Shown in pieces: positions 38,657-48,520 of a stretch of DNA of 64,000 nt. The stretch is from positions 11,780,001-11,844,000 of the forward strand of contig OZ234494.1 in assembly GCA_965153455.1 (NCBI GenBank), written 5' to 3'. Origin of the DNA: Sphagnum compactum (Eukaryota). Under the pieces are notes generated by a model. That model saw only the letters and a program-made list of their open reading frames with translations. It was not told the origin of the DNA and did not search any database. How positions within the stretch are numbered: position 1 is the first letter of the stretch; each line of letters starts with the position of its first letter. A program made the position numbers and the translations under genes.

Positions 38657-39010
38657 TCGAGGTCCTCCTCTTTTGATGATATGCTCATTTTATAGGCAGA
38701 GTGTGTCAGTGGCTTTTCAGAGAGTTCAGGCCATCGATATCTTGAGTCGAGCAATTGTTGTTGCAGCAGGAGAAGCCTCTTCTAGGCTTGGTGTCTTTTC
38801 AAGATTTTCACCCATCTCCTTGCATGACTTGCTTCTTCACGTTACTGATGATGGGTTTAGGTCTTAAGTTTTGTGATTTCTTCTCTCAGGGCTCCCCATT
38901 GTGCATTCTGCACTTTCGAGTGTGGTCTTTTGTTTGGACTTCGATCCTTGTTTTTTCTCTTGTTCCCTTGCCACCAGGCGTTTTTTCCTTTATTTATTTA
39001 TTTATATTTA
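38657..39010 (+). mobile_element. 5'-truncated RLE-type (CRE-like) non-LTR retrotransposon fragment with a long TSD
   Basis: Encodes FYRQSVSVAFQRVQAIDILSRA (similar to the R.SVALQR..A C-terminus of CRE-clade proteins); ends in (TTTA)n; flanked by ~46-bp direct repeats at 38611-38656 and 39011-39057. Confidence 0.6.
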
Positions 39011-39182
39011 TTCTTAGAACTTAAGTTTGTATCAAAAGTGTAGGAAATTCTTTTGGCACTGTGTCATTTGAGCACCAAAAAGTCACCAATCTAAAACTTC
39101 AATTACATATCTCCTTTGGATAGTCCTTTGGTTAAAGGTACCTACCAATTTCTTTCTTCTTTATATATATATATATATATAT

Positions 39183-39302
39183 AGGCTAGCTGCTTTCATC
39201 AGTCTCCTTTGACAGTTTTTGCACATGAGGAATGCATTTTGGTGAAATTGTGGAAACCAACTACAAAAACTGTCAAAGGAGACTGATGAAAGCAGCTAGC
39301 CT
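39183..39302. repeat. Perfect 39-bp inverted repeat with 42-nt loop (candidate hairpin RNA/MIRNA or MITE)
   Basis: 39183-39221 AGGCTAGCTGCTTTCATCAGTCTCCTTTGACAGTTTTTG is the exact reverse complement of 39264-39302. Confidence 0.9.
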
Positions 39303-39882
39303 TACTTGGGTGCCTTTGAAAAAGAGCAATAAAAAGTGAAAAAAAAAGGTATGTTTAGGTTCATAGAAATACAATAACTAACTTATTATTTTTTGAGCAA
39401 GCCAATAGCAGCTCAATTGTTTCTGTCTCCAACTGCTAAAGGTACCAATACTTGAACTGATTTCAAAAAATAAAATAAAATAATATATATATATATATAT
39501 ATATTGAAAATTAATGATATATCCCCTGTCTGGGATTTAGGGGTTTCCCTTCTTTTTCTTTTTCCAATTTTTGTTTTGGTAACAAAATTTGAATTTTTTC
39601 CCCAAAAATTGCAAAATTAGTTGAATACAGTAGAAACTAAAAAATTCCAGAAATTTTGCAGGTTTTTTTAAAAACTTTATGACCAAAAAAATCCCCAAAA
39701 AAATCATTGGTGAGATCTTTAGCATATGTAAAGAGAGCTTTGTTTGTCTCCATTTTCTTTCAAGTAATTATGCATGGGATGATAAGGCACAAGTGCCTTC
39801 TACCCGGTGAACTAAGGGTGCAGTCCAAGGTCCAGCAGGGTGGGCGGAAGACACTGACACAACTTAGCCCTTGCCTTTCGTA

Positions 39883-40217
39883 ACAAGGGGTGTGTCACAC
39901 CGTGGCCTTGCCATTTACATTTAAAAGCATCGTCAGGCAAAAGAAGAATTATGGAAAACTCAAATATTTCACCATGCAAAAATTATATAATCTTCAACAA
40001 AAAATCCTCTAAAACAAACCAAAAAATCCTTCAAGATATCATAACTCTATAGTAACTAATCTCAAGTTTCAACACAAGCCAAAATATCATCTTTCAAAAA
40101 TCCTCATATAAAAATAGACCTATTTATTATTACCTAGTAGGGGCCAAAATCCCTTAAGCTACTATAATACTCTATAATGAATCTGAACACAATATCCTTG
40201 CCTTGGTAAGCAAGGCC
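39883..40217 (-). mobile_element. Non-autonomous Helitron2/Helentron-like element, copy 3
   Basis: Reverse-complement copy of 12712-13041 with GGCCTTGC start and GGCAAGGCCACGGTGTGACACACCCCTTGT end. Confidence 0.65.
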
Positions 40218-40590
40218 AACAAAGGATGTTGCCTTACTGCATCATCTTTTTGCCACCCTAGGGAGCTTACATATAAGATCCCCACTCCAAGGAGATTGAT
40301 TACATGAGATCTCTCTCCTGCTCCAGGAAGAAGCCAAAAATTCCATCTGGTAAGGCATCCCATAGATACACTACAGATTTTCTCCGACCTCGTTCTGTGT
40401 TTGTATGAAACCCCTGGGAGGTCCAACTTCTGGAGTTTGAGGATTGAGAAAAACCCATCCAAAACTCTAGAAATGCATCTTAAATTTTTAATAGGGTGAT
40501 GAACTATTTTGCAGCTTAGCTCGTTGCCAGTCTTGAACTAAGCTAACAAAAAAAATCCCATGATGCAGTTGCAAACTAAAACTCACAGGG

Positions 40591-41008
40591 AAATCCCATG
40601 CAGCAATTCCTTGAAAGGAAAACAGGAGTAACAGATCTAATTCTGAGATATATATAAATCCCATGCAGCAATTCCTTGAGAGGAAAACAGTAGTAACACA
40701 TTTAATTCAGAAGTATGTATGTAAATGCCATGCAGCGATTCCTGGAGAGGAAAACAGTAGTAACAGATTTAATTCAGAAGTAATGTATGTATGTAAAATC
40801 CCATGCAGCGAATTCCTGGAAAGGAAAACAGTAGCTAGTAACAGATTTAATTCAGAAGTATGTATTTTAATCCCATGCAGCAATTCCTGGAAAGGAAAAC
40901 AGTAGCTAGTAACAGATTTAATTCAGAAGTATGTATGTATGTAAATCCCATGCAGCGAATTCCTTGAGAGCAAAACAGAAGTAACAGATTTCAATTCCTG
41001 AGTATATA
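40591..41008. repeat. Tandem array, 6 units of ~65-75 bp
   Basis: AAATCCCATGCAGCAATTCCT(T/G)GA(A/G)AGGAAAACAG..GTAACAGATTTAATTCAGAAGTATGTAT units start at ~40591, 40656, 40723, 40796, 40869 and 40943. Confidence 0.92.
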
Positions 41009-41741
41009 ACTTATTTGCTGAGTGGATTGGATCTATGATTTGAGACTCCGAAGGTTCTAGAGAGAAACTTTTTCCCTGGAAAAAGAATCATCAGTGAAGG
41101 ATGATGGAAGGATATGCCAATTCACTGACTTGAACCTGACACATATTCTTCACCTCTGTGTTCTGTTGTAATTGGGGGAGGATCGGTTCAAAGGGGGTAG
41201 GCTAGATCCCAGTTATAATACTTTTGCACACACCTCCTTCTTTTATTTGTTTCCTGGAGTTACTGACACAACTAACCTTCCTCCTCCTCCCCTTGCAATT
41301 TCACTTTAGAGAATCATTGGCTCTTGCTATATATGGTTGAAAAACTTACAAAATCTTGATAGAACCTGAACTTCTTCCAATCTCATATGATGGGTTCACT
41401 CTTTATTGTGCTACTGGCTCCAATGTGTTGTGTTGATTTGTTTCTTATCATTTCATTTGCTCTTTTCCACCCACAAAACATTTAGTGGATATTTTCTTTT
41501 CTTTTCTTTTGTGGTCTTTTTCTTGGCACACCAAGCTTTGCTACAAAAGGACCCAAGTGGTTTTTTATGCTTCATTTTTTGCCAATTCTTTAAATAAATC
41601 AAAAGTTACAAGTGTTCCTCTGATCCACTAAGTGGCCTCCCTCGAAAAGTCCTGAATTGGGCAGTTGAAGCCCCAAAACTGGACTTGCCATTCTACATCT
41701 AGGGACCACCAACCCATCTACCATGAACTCAAAGCACTACT

Positions 41742-41971
41742 TATTAGAGTCATATGTAAAAGTCACCTTGTCTTCACCCTGTCTTTGCGTCTGCTTTCAC
41801 CCCCTATCCCCTCGTTCAGTAGTATTCACAAAGTAATGAAATTTTATTAAATCCCACTACGAAACTCAGCATTTAATGCACAAGGTTCGAAAGTAATTAG
41901 AGTAGTTGCACAGGTAGGAGCAGTGAAAATATAAGTAGCAGCAGTGGAGGCGCTCAGGAAAAAGGAAAGAC
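41742..41971 (-). repeat. Right arm of the long inverted-repeat pair (partner 36324-36559)
   Basis: Ends GCAGTGGAGGCGCTCAGGAAAAAGGAAAGAC. Confidence 0.85.
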
Positions 41972-42869
41972 CAAAATGAAACTCAGTTTACCACCAAAAT
42001 TCCTGGAAAAGCTAGTCAAGGTACCAATTATTTCGTTTTGTAAAATTTTCATTCCCAGTTACGTGTTTGATGCCCTATTATGCTGAAACTGACCCTTCTC
42101 GTCCCCTAATCGCGGGATTTTACGGATAATAGAGTTTTATGGGTAATTCTATTGTGTCTTCAAGATGCTAACTTGTGTTAAACAGCGATGGATGAACATA
42201 GAGGGTCAAGGGATGTACTGTGTCTCGGATCAAATATGGTAGCACCTTTAGAGAATCTTTTGGACGATGCAAGAATACTTTATTTCGACGTGGAATCTTC
42301 AAAATTAATTAATTATTCAACCGACAGAAAGACGTGTTGAATCTGCCCATGTACATGAGATCAGACCATTGTCAATTATATCTGATGCCAGGATTCAGAA
42401 CCCCACAAGCAAGCATATGGGCCCTCAAGCCTATGGGTTATATATGCATATAACCCGCCCTAGAAACCTAAAGGAAAAATCTTTCAAGGTTTTGTTCTTT
42501 TAACAATTGAATACAGCACCAAAATGGGTTGTTATTCCTTCTTGAAGACTTGTGGGTACCCATGACCTTTGGACACTGTGAAGTCCCCCGGTTTCTTTAA
42601 ACCAAGAGAGACACACACAAAGGCGCAAAGCAGCTATTTTTATTTTTATTTTATTTATTTTTTACGTTGAAAAGTCCCCCATGAAAACATACATGGTGAA
42701 GCGAACATTTTGGAAAATTTTCAAAAAAAAAAAAAAATCGCCACATTTTCAGGAGGGGAAAAAAAAAAGTTTCCTGCATGGTCACTTTATCTAAAATCCA
42801 TTACATGCTTGGAAATCCTATGGAGGGAATTAGACTAAAAGCCCCATTTTAGTCTAATCCTATATATTA

Positions 42870-43119
42870 ATCCTATATATTATTATCCCATCTGGGTATA
42901 TTTAGAGGCCGGCCGGTTCTACCAAACCCCCTTCCCAAGCCCTGTCACTACGACCCGCACCTGGCGCTGGAACATTTCAGGCCAGGTGCGGCTCATTTCG
43001 AAACCTCGTTTTTGTCATCTGGGGGGTTGCAGAATCGGCCTCGCAGAGACTATTAACGGGTCAAAATGGACAGGTTCAGACAGACACACTGACAGACCAA
43101 GTGAATTACTATATAGGAT
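42870..43119. mobile_element. 250-bp GC-rich element bounded by ATCCTATATA inverted repeats
   Basis: ATCCTATATA at 42870-42879 and TATATAGGAT at 43110-43119; the right end read on the minus strand matches the 5' end of the 32545 Helitron. Confidence 0.5.
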
Positions 43120-43351
43120 ATGTAAATAGCGACGAGGACTTGGCATACTTGGCATATGAATAATGCACAAAGACTAAATCATTTTGAACCCCGTAATAAC
43201 CTCCAGAAGTGTGTGGGCTGAGTTCGTATTGTTGTGCAGGTGCCTAGATGATGATGTTTGTATTCCCCCAAAATATGCCACCAATCCCCCTGACACAACA
43301 ATACATTGTTACAAAGTTTGTTCAAAACTTTGGTTCACAAAAAAAATTTAG

Positions 43352-43550
43352 ACATCGTCATACCGTCCAAAATCACACTCCATCATCCCATCAAAAATCA
43401 CACATCATCATATGGTACAATATCACACTTCATCATCCTGTTCAAAATCACACCATTGTCATACCCTCCAAAATCACACATCATCATCCCATCCAAAATC
43501 ACACATCATCATCATCCCATTCAAAATCACACATCATCATCCCATCCAAA
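43352..43550. repeat. ~25-bp degenerate minisatellite (ATCCAAAATCACACATCATCATCCC, ~7 copies)
   Basis: Directly visible; causes His/Ser/Ile-rich spurious ORFs in three frames. Confidence 0.9.
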
Positions 43551-45784
43551 GGGAGGGGTTCGGGGGTTTGCACCAGCACTATAACATTCACAAGATACCC
43601 ACGGATTGGCCAGCTATAGGGGATTGGAAGACTAGACTTGAAATTGTGATTCCTACTACATAATGGGATTTAAGGGACACAGTGAACCAACACCATCCAC
43701 CAGTGCATGCACCATCCACCAGATGCCCATTATGGACTCAGTTATGGATGAACCTCAACTGAGTTAATATTTGGTTTCACCTTGGTAACCAATTCTGTAA
43801 GAAATAGGTCTCAAATATAGATAAGAAATAGGTCTTATATATAGGTAGATAGGTAGGAAAATAGGTGTATATTAAGTAAATAGATGGCTTATACCTAGGT
43901 AAGGGTTGTTTTTTGTACCTACTTATTAACAACCTGCTTGTGAGTCCTTAGTAAATAAGTTGCTAAAAAAAAAGCAACTGAGCTAACCACCGTGGTTAAC
44001 TAGGGAACTGGAACCCAACAGAAAACTATTTCCTGACCACTTTCCATCCATCCTTCACGGTGTGCTTGGTGGTTGCTGGTTCACTCTGGACAGATTTAAG
44101 TACTCAAGTTGCTTTGGGTACCTTGCTTGACAAAAGTTGTTCAGTCAAAGGTTGTTTTGTACAGGGTAATGTGTGAGGCTGCAGGCATTACTGTTTATAC
44201 CCCCTTGATACCCGGCGGGTATCACAAGGCCCAAAGACGAAAAAGAGGTAAAAACAATGTGAAATGTTTCGAACAATCAAATGTCTGTCTGCAAGTGTGA
44301 ACATTTTTGTTTTCCAAAATGCCCCGCGAGTTCTTACACTCAACAAGCTTTCCTTTCAAATTCACTACAAATCTTGTCAGAGAAAGGTTGTTACATTAGA
44401 GAGGAAGGAAGGGATTAAGAAACCCAAATGGATTCTACTGTGGAATGTGAAAGGGTAGGAGGCCTAACCCTAAAGACCCAGGGAAATATTTGCCTGCTCT
44501 CTATTGTGAAGACAGGCAAAGATTCTGTGGCAGGTAGGGTTTGCTCACAGGGTTAGGTTTAGGGAAAAGATGAATAGGAGGAGGAGGAGGAGGAGTAGAG
44601 AAAAACAGATTTACCTCAAACTTCCCCTCTGAAGAAGGGTGACACATAACTTCCTCATGTCTGTCAAGCTACATTATTAGAACATTCATTAGATATTATA
44701 GGGATTAGGGATTTTATAGAGCGTTCATTTAGAGGGTTTAGGGTTTAGCTCCCAATGAATGCTCACTAAAATCCCACCAGCCTTTTTGCAATGTTGATCT
44801 TCATCATCACTTTCTCTTTTATCCTTAAGTGTCCCACCACACAAATATTTGAAGAAGAAAAGAAGGATAACCTAAAAATTGTCCAAACCCATTATGAGAA
44901 ATATTTCAAGAAGCAAAGAAGGATAGCCTAAAAATTGCCCAAACCCAACATGAATGAATGAGTGTTTCTTTACTGCATCATAGTCGTCCAGTTCTTTGCC
45001 CAAGTAGGTAAGAGTGCCGGTCTATGTACACTTAAGAACTCAAAACACTGCCATGTTCTAGCCCAAGTTTTAATGGCCTTGGGGTTCAAAGATGGACCAT
45101 AGGACTTCTTTGGGCGCTTCTATTTCCCTTTAGATCACCCCATTTGGTAAAAGGACACCCAAGATATCACCTCCAAAACAACAAGGGCTGTTGCCCTAGA
45201 AAAAATCCCCTCCAAACTAATCATGCTAAAATTTTCAAGCAATTGACATCCTATCAACACACATTGCTAAGTTGTCACTTGTTTTCCATCTATGCTATCA
45301 CCAAACTCTCTCAACTCCAAAACCAACAAGTTCATTTTGAAACAATGTTCATTTTTATTCAATGGACCAAACTACAAGTTGGAAAAGGATTCAAAATGGA
45401 TGGTGATAGGAGAAGGGTTTGTCCCTAAATCCCTAACTTCTTGAACATTTAAATTCATGTTCTCACACATTCCCTTTCTTATTGCTCTCTTGTGTGTGTA
45501 GCTCAACTCATGGCTTTGTGTTTCAACATTCTAATTGTGGTTGTCATCTTCATGTTTAGTACTACCTCTTGAGGTATAAGTGGGTACCCTTCCAAGTTCT
45601 TATTACTAAATTCACATCTCCCCCCCCCCCCGACCAAGTGTTACCTATGGTTGCAAATATTCACATGTTGGTCCTCATTGTCATCATGTTTGGTCATGAT
45701 TATGATAGTCTTGTTTTTGTTTAAACACATAGGTCTTGATCACAATTTTCTTTCTCTTATTCATATTAGCTAGTTGATTGTGAT

Positions 45785-46300
45785 CGAACTAGTCCTCAAC
45801 ATTGTCTTATTGGTTGTGATGGTGGTCATCTTCCTCTTATTCGCACAACCTTTTTAATTGTCTTCTTGATGGTCTTTAATGTCATCTTGCTAGTCAAGAT
45901 GCTGGTCATATTCCTCCTATTCATATAACCTTCTTAAGCATCTTTGTACTAGTCCTCAACATTATTTCATCAAGTCATAGTGGTGGTCATCTTCCTCTTA
46001 TTTGCAAAACCTTTCTAATCGTCCTCCTACTAATTTTCATCATTGTTTTTTTAGTCATGATAATAGTTGTCTTCTTCCTATTCAAACAACCTTCCCGATC
46101 ATCCTCCTATTGGTCCTCAACATCGTCTTGATCATCATGATGGTGGTCGTCTTCCTCTTATTCGCACAACTTTTCTTGTCATCCTCATGTTGATTCTTAA
46201 TGCAATTTTGTTAATCTTGATGGTAGTCATCTTCCTTTTATTTGCACAACCTATTATATCATCATTCTACTAGTCCCGATGGTGGTCATCTTTGTCTTGA
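45785..46300. repeat. Degenerate ~80-bp tandem array (~6 copies)
   Basis: Recurring GTCCTCAACAT...TGATGGTGGTCATCTTCCTCTTATTCGCACAACCT. Confidence 0.8.
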
Positions 46301-46365
46301 GAACATTAGTTCCCTTATTATAGTCGTCCTAATCTTCATCATCATTGCCTTCATCCTTATTCTCA

Positions 46366-46641
46366 CCTTATTTGGTTTTGATCTTCATCATGCTAATCCT
46401 AATTCTACCTCTCCCCAAACCTCCTTTCAAGTTTCTCTTGTTTATGAAATGTTTAAAGTTGTTGCATGTTTGTTACAATGCATTTTTTTGCTTATTACTA
46501 GGCCCTTGCTTTCTCATCCTATTTGGTTTTGATCTTCATCATGCTAATCGTAATCCTACCTTTCCCCAAACCTCCTTTCAAGTTTCTCTTGTTTATTAAA
46601 TGTTTAAAGTTGTTGCATGTTTGTTACAATGCATTTTCTTG
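46366..46641. repeat. Direct duplication (~150-bp period)
   Basis: TATTTGGTTTTGATCTTCATCATGCTAATC...TTACTAGGCCCTTGCTT occurs twice. Confidence 0.9.
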
Positions 46642-47299
46642 CTTGTTACTAGGCCCTTGCTTGCTTTCTAGCCATTCTTTGAATTTTCGTTGTCAAACCA
46701 AGGTTCATCCCCTATAACCAAGTGGGTGAGCTCATGATCCAACTTTTAAATTGCTATGGAAATTGTATGTTATTTCTTTAATTTCATTGCCTTACAAGGC
46801 TAAGATTAAAATTGCCCATTTTTGTTTCTCAAGTTCTTTTTGAATTGCTATTTCAACCCCCATTAATGAATTGACAACTTAACAACTTGTTTTTATTGCC
46901 TTTTCCTTTCTTTGATTTTGCTTCATTGTTTCTATTCCTTTTTTTTTAATTACCTTTTATCACATGAGATTCTAATATTGATTTGAAATAACCACATGAT
47001 TTTGTGAATAGTTGATTAATGACTCCCCACCATTCATCCTTCTCATAAATAGATGTGGCAAGGACAATAAATTGTTGGTCGATAATGTTTATTGGGTTAC
47101 ATGTTCAACATTCCAAAAAATTTATTCCACCTCCAATGTGAATTCATTTATGTTCACAATTATATTCATTGAATCTATTGTAACTTCTTGATTTGTGACT
47201 ACATGATTCCTATGTATATCCACATAATACCTAAATTGATCATTGACTTGTGATTCACAACCTATAGATTCCATGGTTATTATTATATTAATCAATTAC

Positions 47300-48520
47300 A
47301 TTGTTATAAAATGTTTTCCCCATTACACAATTTCATCTTCCTCATTTGAAATGTATTCATCCCCTTTTCCTTACTTGTGTTAATTAATGTGTACAAGTTG
47401 TTAAGGTTTATTTTCTTGTCAGCCATGACCTCAAAGTTAAGTGGCCAAATCCATGTAACTTTGAACCATGACATTATATTTTTTCTAGTCAATGTTTTAA
47501 CTACCCATCCTATAAAACTTATCTTATCAATTCCATGTAATTGTTATTAACCATATCCTTTTCTTTTGAAAGTTATATTGAAAGGAACTTGCAACAAGTT
47601 CATCTAAACGTTAAAATGTATGTGATATATGTGAAGATAAAGTGATCATATCTAGCCTAAATTCTTGTGCTTGCTCAATTGCATGTAAATCACATGAATT
47701 CCATGCTCATTTAACATTAGCAAGTGTTATTGGTCAAGGAAATTCCACTTAGTACTAACCTCTTGGAATAAGGTATCCATTATTTGAAAAGGAAACTAGT
47801 TGTCCATGTTTATGTTTACATAGCCATACATGTTCTTGGTTTTCATTGTTATATGTAATCATTATTCAACCTCTCCCCCCTAAGATATAAAACATTAACG
47901 AAGATATTCCAATTGTGTTAATAACACAATTGATAATCAATCATTCCCTCAATTTGGGTATCATGTTGCATACTTGGTGCAACCCTTACTTGACCATAAC
48001 CCAAGTTACATTTACTTGCCTACCTATTTGGATTCATGTTTCATTTAATTCCAAATGTGATCTACATTGTAATGATGTTTGTTGTACAAATATTGTGAAT
48101 TGTTGTAAAAGTTATGGTAGGATAATGCAATGAATCCTTGTGTTTGACTAATATTTAGTCCCTTTGCTTAACAAGTGTTTAAATCAAAATGTTGATGCTC
48201 GAACCAATACTGGTAATTATTCCATGGTTCTCCATTCCAAAAAGGTATAATTCTTAGTTTGAATTAAATCTATTATTTTCATCTTTAGCCATTGTAAGGT
48301 AATTAAAAATCCATGTTCATGCATTGCTAAAGTCCAAGCAACCATAACCTAATCTTCTTCCTTTGTTAACACATTAATTAGCCCACATTTCCTAAATTGT
48401 GTTTTGCCATTCAAAAGACCAAAAATAGGTAAAGGGTATGTTCCAATGTCTACTTGCCTTCCTCAATGATGTTGTCCCACTTTCAATTGCATCCATGGCC
48501 TCCTTGAAAATTTTGTTGGT
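47300..48520 (-). pseudogene. Second decayed pogo-type transposase
   Basis: Minus strand: FKEAMDAIESGTTSLRKASRHWNIP (HTH_psq-like) and AIEQAQEFRLDMITLSSHISHTF*RLD (third catalytic Asp region); collinear with 18900-20235. Confidence 0.75.

Noticed and set aside
40172-40462. 96-aa minus-strand ORF as a protein gene
   Set aside because: No recognisable domain, and its 3' end runs into the Helitron2-like repeat.
40591-41008. CRISPR-like repeat-spacer array
   Set aside because: Units are homologous over their whole length; eukaryotic context with no cas genes.
43248-43663. His-rich ORFs in three frames
   Set aside because: Produced by the 25-bp minisatellite.
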